Positions 25,005-38,051 of a stretch of DNA of 64,000 nt are shown here, piece after piece. The stretch covers positions 62,001 through 126,000 of the forward strand of contig JAPDFW010000056.1 of the NCBI GenBank assembly GCA_028826165.1, written 5' to 3'. Below the pieces are notes generated by a model that did not search any database, was not told the origin of the DNA, and worked only from the letters and a program-made list of their open reading frames with translations. This DNA comes from Anaeramoeba ignava BMAN. Its lineage: Eukaryota; Protista; Anaeramoebae. Numbering within the stretch: position 1 is the first letter of the stretch; the number at the start of each line of letters is the position of its first letter. The translations under genes and the position numbers were made by a program.

Positions 25005-28000
25005 ACCTTTTTTTTGTCAAAAAATGCCAAATTTTTTAAAATGTTCTTTACTATCGAATTTTGTGAGATTTTTTGTCTTTTTTATTAATGATAATGCTAG
25101 TTTTTGAAATTTAATCAATCTGTCCCAAATTCTTACTTTTTTTCTTCTAATTTATATTTTTTTTTGGAATAAATTTGAATAAGTGAAAAAAAGAAAAAAA
25201 ATATTATATTTGATGAGAAATTATATTTTTTGTGTTTTTTAACTAGATATATTTATTTCATATTTTGAAATATATCCTTCAACTCATCAATCCATAATTT
25301 TATTTTTCATTTTTCATTTTTCATTTTTATTTTTATTTTTATTTTTATTTTTTATTTTTCATTTTATTTTTTATTTTTCATTTTTTATTTTTTAATTTGA
25401 TTTGAACCGACCTTTTGTATCGCTCATTCTTTGAAATACAAAATCTTGCTTGATGATTTGAAAACAATATTCTTCTCATTTGCACACTCAAAAATGTTTA
25501 AATACTTGATTTAAATAAATCAATTTAAATACTTATTAATTCAAATATTCGATTTAAATATTTGAACGATTCACGGCGGTCAGAAATTTGGAGATCTTTG
25601 ACCAAACCAAAACCAAAATATCCTGATTAACCAAAAGATCAATAAAAGGCATAAGTGGGATTTTTATTGAATTTGAATTGATTTTTATTTTGCTTTTTCT
25701 TTTCTTATTTTTCTTATGAATTTCTTTTATTGCTATTTTCAAGATTCATTTCTTCGTGATTTAACAATTTTTTGGAATGAAAATTGTTGTAAGATCAATT
25801 TTTTTCTTTTTCAAAAATAAAAAGATTATGATCCTTGATAACCGAACTTTAAGGGTTTTTATTCATTTAATTTTTTATCAATTTCATGATTTGGAAACTC
25901 GAGATGAATTTCCAATTTTAAGAATTGAGGATTTTTTGAAAAGAGAGAGACCAAATCTTATAAGTGATTCAATAAAAAAGGTTGTTTCTTCACATCCTTG
26001 TTTCAAATTTATTGAAAATGAAAAAATTTTTTGTAGCATTTGTCAAAAAGAATTAATCATAAATTCTCCTTCCAAGTTGACAAGACATTTAAATTCCCAA
26101 AAAAAAAAGAAGCTAAAGAAGCTACTGATAATCAAAATGTTACTCAAAACGAAAATTTAAATCAAATAGATTTGGAAAAAGAAGATCAACAAGATTATAA
26201 AAGTGAAGATCAACAAATTTATCAAGAAAAACAATCTCTCATTCAAATTTTCAAAATTTTCAATCTCAAAAGTATTAATTGACAACAAAAAGAAAAATTT
26301 CATTCATTTCTACAACAGATCTTTGATTAAAAGGATATTTTTCTTAATCTTTTTTTTTTAATTTTCATTTTTCTTTTAAAAAAATATGATACTTATAAGA
26401 CTCGCATTTACTATCGCTGTTCCAATCACAAGGATTCATTTCCTGTCAAAGCGATATTGGAAACTGTTCCAGATAAGCAACTGACTTTCCGAGGAACATA
26501 TTTAAGCAGTTATGAAAAAATGAATTTCCCGAAGAAAGTGTTTAATTTCTGGAAAGAAGTGGAACATTTGGTTCAGGATCCTTTGTTCCAACCTCGGCAA
26601 ATTTATCAAAAAATCGTTGAAAAAAATACCCTTAGATTCTGAAAATGCTTATATGATTCCGAAAAAAAGAGAGATTGACCAAATCATAACTAAAATTCGA
26701 GGAGAAAAGAAAAAGTGGGTGAATAATGAACAGTTCTATTCTTCACAAATTACAAAGAGTGAAGAGTCCTTATTGAGAGTACATTTATCTTTTCCATATA
26801 ATATTTTTATCTGGTTCTCCAAAGCAATGATTCATGAACTTTTTGGAGCAACTCAAATTTTTGTGAATGGAACATTTAAAATTACACCTCATGGATTTGT
26901 ACAAGTAATTATAATCCTTGTGCGCATAGAATCATTGGATAATTATGCTTCTGTTTGTTTTGGGTTAATGCAAACGAAAACTCAAGAAAATTATGCTTAT
27001 CTGTTTCATTTACTCAAATTGTTAATGGGTAATCACGAACCATCTTTCATTACAATTGATTTCGAAATGGCTCAAAAAAAAAGCGCTGGATTTTATTTTT
27101 CCAAATTCTCAATTAGTTGAATGCTATTATCATTTTGGTACTGCCCTGAAAAGAAAGTGAGAAGAGTTAAACTATAAGACACCAAAACAAAAGAAATTGA
27201 AGTGGAAACTGCAAGAATTACGAAAATTGACTAAAGAAGAAATATTCCAAAAAAATGATCCAGCTCAAAAAAGAGTATCCAAATGAATTACCCGGATTAA
27301 CTTATTTTAAAAACACATTTATGGGAAGATTCCCCTGAAGTATGTGGAATTATAAGTATCTGTCGGAGGGAATCAAAAATTCAAATGGGTGCTCTGAAAG
27401 GTACAACCGTACCTTTAAATCCAGATTCCCAAAAGGAAAGGTGCCCTTTGATACATTTTTTCAGGTAATCAAGAATGAAGAAGATTTGTGGATAAAATAC
27501 GTCCTTGCTGAAAAAAGTAAATCGAGTGTATTGACCCAAAAACTGAAAACAACACAAAAAAAATTAAGAGAAATTGAAGAGAAGAAAGATTTATGAACAA
27601 AAAAAATTAGTGCAATTTTGAAAAAGTTAAAAAAAATCAAGAAAGTATGTATCAAAAAAAAAAGAATCAATCATAACAACTAACTTCTGTGAATACTTTA
27701 TTCTCACTTCTGGAAATTTAGATTTAACTCTTTTTTTTGATCACAAATTTATGTTGACTTAATAAATTAAAATTAGATGGTGTACTTCAACATCTTATGA
27801 CAATTGAAAGCGCAAAAGAATGTTTTGAATTTGAGATTCCTTTTCTCTTTGATATCAGATTTGACAGATTTTATACATCTCAAGAGGAGAAACAGTTATT
27901 CGATAATGAATTGGAGATTTCTTATGTTTTGTTTTCATTTCCAATTTTTTTCTCAGTAAAACTCAAATGAAATTGAATTTGGGTTTGAATCCCTGAATCC

Positions 28001-28445
28001 AGAAGATCAAAAAAAAGAAAATAATTTTTCAAATGTTGATTTTTAAAGATTTTCAAGTATATTCAACTTGAAATCGTACTTTTCTTCTTTTTTTTTTCAA
28101 ATAAAACAATAAAAACAACAGTTCCACAAAATTCAAGAAGGTGAAAATTGCTCTTTTTTTTTTGGATAAGAACAAAACAAAATTTCAAATCATTAAAAGC
28201 GATTCACTTTCATTTTTATTGTTTTTTCTTTTTTTTTTGTTTTAGATTTTTATTCAACCCTTTTATCAAAATTCTCATTTTAATCAGAAAAAAAGTGAGT
28301 TCTTATTACACTTTTTGATTCAAGAAGAAAATCAATACAATACATGAAATCCTAAAAAATTTTAGTCTCAAACCTAACGAGAATAAAACGGTGGTAACAA
28401 GAAAACTGATGAAAGTTGCTTATCTTGGAATAATTCTCAAATAAA
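25005..28445 (+). mobile_element. Degenerate Mutator/MULE-type DNA transposon insertion (boundaries approximate)
   Basis: Non-Rab sequence inside copy J containing a transposase remnant; 27612-28445 recurs at ~32268-33105. No TIR or TSD recognised. Confidence 0.7.
25777..27596 (+). pseudogene. Fragmented MULE DDE transposase with N-terminal zinc-finger-like segment
   Basis: Across frames: FCSICQKEL..KLTRHLNS, IFVNGTFK (normally DGTF), GLMQTKTQENY, ITIDFEMA, FPNSQLVECYYHFG (CxxH), NSNGCSERYNRTFK. Confidence 0.85.
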
Positions 28446-29008
28446 AATATTTTTTATAATTCTTACCCAAGTTTGTAATTGAATTTTCTTTCCTTTAATT
28501 TCAAGAATTATATTAGCAAATTCAGCACCAATTATAGTTTTTGAATTTGGGTTAAATTCATTTCTTTTATAAATTTAAAATTAAATTAAATTAAAAAAAA
28601 ATAATAAAATTATTGCTTTGAAAATAAAGTTAAAATTTACTTTTGAAATCTACTAATAATATTTGTTTTTCCAGCTGCTCTATTCCCTGATTATTATTTA
28701 ATTATTCAATCATTATTTAATTATTATTTAATTATTATTTTTCAAATAAATATTTTACCAATTAAAATAACTTTAAATGAATGATCATATTTTTCATTCT
28801 CTTTCTAAATATTTTATTTTTGATTTTTATTTAAAAAATAATAATAAATTTTTATTAATTTAAAATGAAAAAAAATGAAATTAATTAATAAAAAATAAAA
28901 CCTTAGATTCTATTATTTATTTTTTATTTTAATTTTTTTTGAAATGAAAAAAATGAAAAAATGAAAAAATGAAAAAATGAAAATTTTTTTTTAAGATTAA
29001 AAAAAATC

Positions 29009-32000
29009 TTAACAACATGAACTATCATTTTGTGAATCAGGATTATTAATAGTAATATTATCTTTCTTTTGTTCATTTTCAAAAACATTTAAAATTTCTA
29101 TTTAAGAAATTAAAATTAAAATTAAAATTAAAATTAAAATTAAAATTAAAATTAAAATTAAAATCAAAAATACCTTTTGTTAATTCTTCAAATGCCTCTT
29201 GAATATTTGTTCCATCTTTTGCTGAAGTTTCCATAAATAAACCTTTATTTTCTTCTGCGAAATTTTCACCCTTAATTAATAAATAATTTTGAAAAAAATA
29301 AAAATTTCCAAATTAAAAAAAAGTGGAACAAAAAAATAATAAATAAACAAACCATTTCTTTTGAAATTTTTCTTTCTTTTTCTAAATCAAATTTATTTCC
29401 AATTATCATTGGAATTGCATTTTCTTTGGAGAAATTTATAAATTCTTCAAACCAAAAATCTAATTTATTAAAACTTTCTTCATTAGTTATATCATAAATA
29501 ATAAAAGCACCAACTGCATCACGATAATAACTAAATAAACAATTTATAAATATTTATCAGTAACTTGATTCAAATAGTTTAAATAAAGAAAAATATAAAT
29601 ACGATTTTGAAACTGAAAAGTATCTTTCTTCACCTGATGTATCCTAAAAAATCAAAAATAAAATTAAAATTAAAATCAAAAATAAAATTAAAATCAAAAT
29701 CAAAATTATAATTTATTTTTAGATCCTCTAAAACTAATTTACATTTTTTTTTATTTTAGTTAAAATTAAAGGAAGGAATTCAAAAAAAAAGAAGAAGAAA
29801 ACGAAGAATTAAACAAAAAAAATATTAAATTAGAAGAAAAATTGACTAATTCATTGAAGGAAAATTCTGTTTTAAGAATAACTATTGAGGAAATATTAAA
29901 TGAATATAATAAGATCTCTCTTAAAAATTTTCAACTTGATTCCAATCTTCAGATGTTGAAAAAAAGAAATATATATTTAGAAAATGAAAAAAAAAGATTT
30001 TGAAAAAATATTGGTTGAAGAAGAGAAGAAAAAAAAGGAAAAGAAGAGAAGAAAACCCAACAAGAAACAGAATACCAAGAATCAATAGGGAACATTCTAT
30101 GGAAATGTTCCCATTATAGAGAAAAAAGAGAAGAATTTAAATAAAAGTTATTTTGGATTTTGTTTTTATTTATTTAAAATTTTATTTTTTAAAACAAAAA
30201 GAAATATAATCAAAGAAACTTTCTAAGAGACAAAACCAGAAAAAAGTTCAAGAGAAACTATGAAATGAATCTAAAAATGAACCTGAGAAAAGAGATAAAA
30301 CTCAATTCTCAAATATATTCACTCTATAATTCAGATTCTGAACACAACCCAGAATCAGTATCAGAAAAGGAAGAGTCATATAGTGAATCTGAAGAAGAAA
30401 TGAATAACGACTGAGTTTAAGAGGTAAACCATCTTCAAGATCTAAAAATAATCTTTGAGAATTTTCTTGGATTTGATTTTATTTTATTAATTTGCCAGCA
30501 ATGACTGGAAGATTTCTCTGGAGAAATCCCTTCAAATAAAATAAAAATAAAATTTTGTTTCTTATTTTTCATTTTTCATTTTTCATTTTTCATTTTTCAT
30601 TTTTTCTTTTCACAGAATGTGTAATTTTCAAAAAGTTAAAAAAAATCGAGAAAGTATGTATCAAAAAAAAAAGAATAAATCATAACAACTAACTTCTGTG
30701 AATACTTTATTCTCACTTCTGGAAATTTAGATTTAACTCTTTTTTTGATTACAAATTTATGTTGACTTAATAAATTAAAATTAGATAGTGTACTTCAACA
30801 TCTTATGACAATTGAGAGTGCAAAAGAATGTTTTGAATTTGTGGGAAATTTAGTCAATGGAAAGATTGTGGAGGAGGATTTTCTGGAATTTGTTCGAGAA
30901 GAATGTTTCAAATCAATAATGAAAGAGCAAACTATTGAAGGAAGAAATTGGAAAAACGAAAATCTAAATTCAAATCAAAAAAATCGAAAAAGGAAAGAAA
31001 ACGAGCTTACAACATTCAATTTTTCCAATTCTCAAGAAACTAATTTCTCACAACACACGGATATTTCTACTCCTCAAAATCAAAGGGCACTATCTTTTAT
31101 GTCCAATAAGAAAAAATTTAGATAGTAAAATGGGCGGAAATGGGTATTAGAAAGAATATGTGGCATCTTCAAAAGGAAAATCCACTCCCGAAAAGAGAAG
31201 AATCGCTGAAGAATTAGTTGCGAAAAAATCTAAATTCGAACAAGAAAAAAACCAAAAAGCATTTTATTAATGATATCCATGACAAATTGGTCTACTCAAA
31301 TTCTAAAGATACTATTGTGGTATTTTTGAACAAAATCCTGGAACTCTTGAAACTGAAAAGTATCTTTCTTCACCTGATGTATCCTAAAAAAATCAAAATC
31401 AAAATCAAAATTATAATTATAACTATTTTTATTTTAGTTAAAATTAAAGGAAGGAATTCAAAAAAAAAGAAGAAGAAAACGAAGAATTAAACAAAAAAAA
31501 TATTAAATTAGAAGAAAAATTGACTAATTCATTGAAGGAAAATTCTGTTTTAAGAATAACTATTGAGGAAATATTAAATGAATATAATAAGATCTCTCTT
31601 AAAAATTTTCAACTTGATTCCAATCTTCAGATGTTGAAAAAAAGAAATATATATTTAGAAAATGAAAAAAAAAGATTTTGAAAAAACATTGGTTGAAGAA
31701 GAGAAGAAAAAAAGGAAAAGAAGAGAAGAAAACCCAAAAAGAAACAGAATACCAAGAATCAATAGGGAACATTCTATGGAAATGTTCCCATTATAGAGAA
31801 AAAAGAGAAGAATTTAAATAAAAGTTATTTTGGATTTTGTTTTTATTTATTTAAAATTTTATTTTTTAAAACAAAAAGAAATATAATCAAAGAAACTTTC
31901 TAAGAGACAAAACCAGAAAAAAGTTCAAGAGAAACTATGAATTGAATCTAAAAATGAACCTGAGAAAAGAGATAAAACTCAATTCTCAAATCTATTCACT

Positions 32001-33561
32001 CTATAATTCAGATTCTGAACACAACCCAGAATCAGTATCAGAAAAGGAAGAGTCATATAGTGAATCTGAAGAAGAAATGAATAACGACTGAGTTTAAGAG
32101 ATAAACCATCTTCAAGATCTAAAAATAATCTTTGAGAATTTTCTTGGATTTGATTTTATTTTATTAATTTGTCAGCAATGACTGGAAGATTTCTCTGGGG
32201 AAATCCCTTCAAATAAAATAAAAATAAAATTTTATTTTTCATTTTCCATTTTCTTTTTACAGAATGAACAATTTTGAAAAAGTTAAAAAAAATCAAGAAA
32301 GTATGTATCAAAAAAAAAAGAATAAATCATAACAACTAACTTCTGTGAATACTTTATTCTCACTTCTGGAAATTTAGATTTAATTCTTTTTTTTTTGATC
32401 ACAAATTTGTATCGACTTAATAAATTAAAATTAGATGGTGTACTTCAACATCTTATGACAATTGAAAGTGCAAAAGAATGTTTTGAATTTGAGATTCCTT
32501 TTCTCTTTGATATCAGATTTGACAGATTTTATACATCTCAAGAGGAGAAACAGTTATTCGATAATGAATTGGAGATTTCTTATGTTTTGTTTTCATTTCC
32601 AATTTTTTTCTCAGTAAAACTTAAATGAAATTGAATTGGGATTTGAATCCCTGAATCCAGAAGATCAAAAAAAAAAGAAAATAATTTTTCAAATGTTGAT
32701 TTTTAAAGATTTTCAAGTATATTCAACTTGAAATCGTACTTTTCTTCTTTTTTTTTCTTCAAATAAAACAATAAAAACAACAGTTCCACAAAACTCAAGA
32801 AGGTGAAAATTTCTCTTTTTTTTTTTGGATAAGAACAAAACAAGATTTCAAATCATTAAAAACAATTCACTTTCATTTTTATTGTTTTTTTCTTTTTTTT
32901 TGTTTTAGATTTTTATTCAACCCTTTTATCAAAATTCTCATTTTAATCAGAAAAAAAGTGAGTTCTATTACACTTTTTGATTCAAGAAGAAAATCAATAC
33001 AATACATGAAATCCTAAAAAATTTTAGTCTCAAACCTAACGAGAATAAAACGGTGGTAACAAGAAAACTGAATAAAGTTGCTTATCTTAGAATAATTCTC
33101 AAATAAATATTTTTTATAATTCTTACCCAAGTTTGTAATTGAATTTTCTTTCCTTTAATTTCAAGAATTATATTGGCAAATTCAGCACCAATTGTAGTTT
33201 TTGAATTTGAGTTAAATTCATTTCTTTTATAAATTAAAATAAAAAAAAAAATAAAATTATTACTTTGAAAATAAAGTTAAAATTTACTTTTGAAATCTAC
33301 TAATAATATTTGTTTTTCCAGCTGCCTTACTTCCTAATAATTATTTAATTATTCAAATATTATTCAAATATTATTTAATTATTATTTTTCAAATAAATAT
33401 TTTACCAATTAAAATAACTTTAAATGAATGATCATATTTTTCATTTTCTTTCTAAATATTTTATTTTTGATTTTTATTTAAAAAATAATAATAAATTTTT
33501 ATTAATTTAAAACGAAAAAAAAAAGAAATTAATTAATAAAAAATAAAACCTTAGATTCCAT
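29009..33561 (-). CDS. Rab paralogue K; all exons intact but intron 4 expanded to ~3.5 kb by inserted DNA
   Basis: GSKAAGKT, TTIGAEF, DTSGEERY, GNKFD, ETSAK, SSCC*. Exons 5-8 at 29009-29644, exons 1-4 at ~33126-33561. Confidence 0.6.
29712..33105 (+). mobile_element. Transposon-associated insert in intron 4 of K with an internal direct duplication
   Basis: ~29608-30840 repeats at ~31348-32490. The right part matches the right end of the insert in J. Contains broken charged/coiled-coil reading frames. Confidence 0.6.
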
Positions 33562-33671
33562 AATAAATTTTTTTTATTTTTAATTTTTTTTGAAATGAAA
33601 AAAATGAAAAAATGAAAAAATGAAAAAATGAAAAAAATGAAAATTTTTTTTTAAGATTTAAAAAAAAAATC

Positions 33672-35495
33672 TTAACAACATGAACCATCATTTTCTGGTT
33701 TAGTAATTCTGTTAGAAAGTTTAATACTATTAATTTTAGTAACAATTTCATTTTCAAAAACATTTAAAATTGCTAAAATTAAAATTAAAATCAAAATTAA
33801 AATCAAAATTTAAATTTAAATTTAAAATTATAATAAAAATACCTTTTGTTAATGCTTCGAATGCCTCTTGAATATTTGTTCCATCTTTTGCTGAAGTTTC
33901 CATGAATAAACATGTTTTGTCGTTTGCAAAATTTTGACCCTTAATTAATAAATAATTTTGAAAAAAATAAAAATTTTCAAATTAAAAAAAAAAGTGGAAC
34001 AAAAAAATAATAAATAAACAAACCATTTCTTTTGAAATTTTTCTTTGTTTTTCTAAATCACATTTATTTCCAATTATTATTGGAACTGCATTCTCTTGTG
34101 CATTTTTTCGAAATTCTTCAAGCCAAAATTTTAATTTATTAAAACTTTCTTCATTAGTTATATCATAAACAATAAAAGCACCAACTGCATCACGATAATA
34201 ACTAAATAAACAATTTATAAATATTTATCAGTAACTTGATTCTAATAATTAAAATAAAGAAAAATATAAACACATTTTTGAAAATGAAAGATATCTTTCT
34301 TCACCTGCTGTATCCTAAAAAATCAAAAATAAAATTAAATTTAAATTTAAATTAAAATTAAAATTAAAATTAAAATTAAAATCAAAATCAAAATTAAAAT
34401 TAAAATCAATATTAAAATTAAAATCAATATCAAAATTAAAATTAAAATCAAAATCAATATCAATATCAATTTCAATATCAATATCAATATCAATATCAAT
34501 ATCAAAATCAATATCAATATCAATATCAATATCAATATCAATATCAATATCAATATCAATATCAAAATAAATATCAAAATAAAAATCAATATCAATATCA
34601 AAATCAATATCAATATCAATATCAATATCAATATCAATATCAATATCAATATCAATATCAATATCAATATCAATATCAATATCAATATCAATATCAATAT
34701 CAATATCAATATCAATATCAATATCAATATCAATATCAATATCAATATCAATATCAATATCAATATCAAAATCAAAATCAATATCAAAATCAAAATCAAT
34801 ATCAATATCAATATCAATATCAATATCAATATCAATATCAATATCAATATCAATATCAATATCAATATCAATATCAATATCAATATCAAAATCAATATCA
34901 ATATCAATATCAATATCAATATCAATATCAATATCAAAATAAATATCAAAATCAAAATTAAAATCAAAATCAAAATCAAAATTAATATTAAATCAAAATT
35001 AAAATCAAAATTAATATCAATATCAAAATTAAAATTAAAATCAAAATATTTTTTATAATTCTTACCCAAATTTTTAGTTGAAATTTCTTTCCTTTAATTT
35101 CAAAAATTCTACTAACAAAATCAGCACCAATTGTAGCTTTTAAATTTGGATTAAATTCATTTCTTTTATAAATTAAATTAAAATAAAAAAATAAGAATAA
35201 AATTATTGCTTTGGAAATAAAGTTAAAATTTACTTTTGAAATCTATTGAGAATATTTGTTTTTCCAACAGCACTATTTCCTAAATATTATTCAATTATTT
35301 AATTATTATTTAATTATTATTTTTGAAATAAATATTTTACCAATTAAAATAACTTTAAATGAACGATCATATTTTTCATTCTCTTTCTAAATATTTTATT
35401 TTTGATTTTTATTTAAAAAATAATAATAAATTTTTATTAATTTAAAACGAAAAAAAATGAAATTAATTAATAAAAAATAAAACCTTAGATTCCAT
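33672..35495 (-). CDS. Rab paralogue L
   Basis: GNSAVGKT, ATIGADF, DTAGEERY, GNKCD, ETSAK, GSCC*. Confidence 0.88.
34345..35040. repeat. (AATATC)n hexamer tract in intron 4 of L; the same unit fills intron 4 of M at 36440-36890
   Basis: Long near-perfect hexamer run; source of the spurious poly-IL and poly-DI ORFs. Confidence 0.92.
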
Positions 35496-35623
35496 AATAA
35501 ATTTTTTTTTATTTTTAATTTTTTTTGAAATGAAAAAAATGAAAAAAATGGAAAAATGAAAAAAATGAAAAAAATGAAAATTTTTTTTTATTCCACTTTT
35601 TTTTAAGATTTAAAAAAAAAATC

Positions 35624-37329
35624 TTAACAACATGAACGACGCTTTTCTGAATGAGGATTATTAATATTAATATTATCTTTCTTTTGTTGTTTGTTTTCAA
35701 AAACATTTAAAATTTCTATTTAAAAAATTAAAATTAAAATTTAAATTAAAATTAAAATTAAAATTAAAATTAAAATTAAAAATAAAAATAAAAATAAAAT
35801 TAAAATTAAAATTATAATTAAAATTAAAATTAAAATTATAATTAAAATTATAATTAAAATTAAATTTAAAATTAAAATTAAAATTAAAATTAAAATTAAA
35901 ATTAAAATTAAAATTAAAATTAAAATTAAAATTACCTGTTGCTAACATTTGGAATACTTCTTCAATATTTGTTCCATCTTTTGCTGAAGTTTCCATGAAT
36001 AAAGCTTTATTTTTTTTTGCAAATTTTTCACCCTTAATTAATAAATAATTTTATAAAAAAAAAAATATAAATAAAATAAAAAGTGGAACAAAAAAATAAA
36101 TTAAAAAAAAGTGGAACAAAAAAATAAAAAATAAACAAACCTTTTCTTTTGGAATTTTTCTATCTTTTTCTAAATCACATTTATTTCCAATTATCATTGG
36201 AACTGCACTTTCTTGTGCATTTTTTTGAAATTCTACAATCCAATTTTCTAATTCATTAAAACTGTCTTCATTAGTTATATCATAAACAATAAAAGCACCA
36301 TTTGAACCACGATAATAACTAATTATATTTAATTTATAAAAATTTTTTTGATAAATGTGATTTAATTTATTAAAATATAAAAAAATATAAATACGATTGA
36401 GTTATTGAACGAAAAATTTCTTGACCTGCTGTATCCTAAAAAATTAAAATTAAAAATTCAAAATCAAAATTAAAATTAAAATCAAAATTAAAATTAATAT
36501 CAATATCAATATCAAAATCAAAATCAATATCAATATCAATATCAATATCAATATCAATATCAATATCAATATCAATATCAATATCAATATCAAAATCAAA
36601 ATTAAAATTAAAATTAAAATCAAAATTAAAATTAATATCAATATCAATATCAAAATCAAAATCAATATCAATATCAATATCAATATCAATATCAATATCA
36701 ATATCAAAATCAAAATCAATATCAAAATCAATATCAAAATCAATATCAAAATCAATATCAATATCAATATCAAAATTAAAATCAATATCAATATCAAAAT
36801 TAAAATCAATATCAATATCAATATCAATATTAATATCAATATCAATATCAATATTAATATCAAAATTCAAAATCAAAATTAAAATTAAAATCAAAATATT
36901 TTTTATAATTCTTACCCAAACTTTTAATTGAATTTTCTTTCCTTTAATTTCAAGAATTCTACTACCAAATTCAACACCAATTGTAGTTTGTGTATTTAAA
37001 CTAAATTCATTTCTTTTATAAATTAAAATTAAAATAAAAAAATAAGAATAAAATTATTGCTTTGGAAATAAAGTTAAAATTTACTTGTGAAATCTACTGA
37101 GAATATTTGTTTTTCCAACAGCACTATTTCCTAAATATTATTCAATTATTTAATTATTATTTAAATTTTATTTTTTTTTTAAATAAATATTTTACCAATT
37201 AAAATAGCTTTAAATGGATAATCAAAATGTTCCTATATTTTATTTTATATTTTAATTTAAAAATAATAATAAATTTAATAATAATAAATTTTAATAAAAA
37301 ATTGAAATAATCAAAACCTCAAATTCCAT
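35624..37329 (-). CDS. Rab paralogue M
   Basis: GNSAVGKT, TTIGVEF, DTAGQEIF, GNKCD, ETSAK, RSCC*. Confidence 0.88.
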
Positions 37330-37467
37330 TTTAAAATTTTATGTATTTTTGAAAGAGAAAAAAAAATGAAGAAAAAAGGAAAAAAATGAAAAAGGAAAAA
37401 AATGAAAAAATGAAAAAAAGGAAAATTTTTTTTTATTCCACTTTTTTTTAAGATTTAAAAAAAAATC

Positions 37468-37950
37468 TTAACAACATGAACGACGCTTTTCTGAATGAGG
37501 ATTATTAATATTAATATTATCTTTCTTTTGTTGTTTGTTTTCAAAAACATTTAAAATTTCTATTTAAAAAATTAAAATTAAAATTATAATTAAAATTAAA
37601 ATTAAAATTAAAATTAAAATTAAAATTAAAATTAAAATTAAAATTTAAAATTAAAATTAAAATCAAAAATACCTGTTGCTAACATTTGGAATACCTCTTC
37701 AATATTTTTTCCATCTTTTGCTGAAGTTTCCATGAATAAAGCTTTATTTTTTTTTGCAAATTTTTCACCCTTAATTAATAAATAATTTTATAAAAAAAAA
37801 ATATAAATAAAATAAAAAGTGGAACAAAAAAATAAATTAAAAAAAAGTGGAATAAAAAAATAATAACTAATATTTAATTTATAAAAATTTTTTGATAAAT
37901 GTGATCAATCTCAAAAAAAATTTGAATTATTTTGAAACCTTTTTCTCCAT
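37468..37950 (-). pseudogene. Rab remnant N: exon 1 (MEKK) plus exons 7-8 nearly identical to M; exons 2-6 missing
   Basis: 37420-37860 duplicates 35575-36125, then a fragment of intron 5, then ATGGAGAAAAAG|GT at 37950. Confidence 0.85.
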
Positions 37951-38051
37951 TTCTTTTTTTTTTTAAAGTATTTATTTAATTAATTAAATTATTTAATTTG
38001 AAAGAAAAATGAAAAATGAAATTTTCAAAAAAAATAAATATTTTTTATTTT

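Larger units (their letters stand above)
24736..28913 (-). pseudogene. Rab paralogue J, disrupted: exons 1-4 at ~28466-28913, last-exon remnant 24736-24825, exons 5-7 absent
   Basis: Start codon is ATA where K has ATG, the G2 Thr is changed (SKTIIGAEF), and transposon-derived DNA occupies ~25005-28445. Confidence 0.85.

Noticed and set aside
25005-28445. Terminal inverted repeats or target-site duplication for the MULE
   Set aside because: I could not match the two ends by eye, so boundaries remain approximate.
29712-33105. Possible intein or self-splicing intron in the Rab genes
   Set aside because: The inserts are in a spliceosomal intron, not in frame; no Hint or homing endonuclease motifs seen.
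34347-36894. Poly-IL and poly-DI ORFs (also 9211-9535, 24800-25030, 45913-46182)
   Set aside because: Translations of stop-free hexamer repeats in introns or intergenic DNA.
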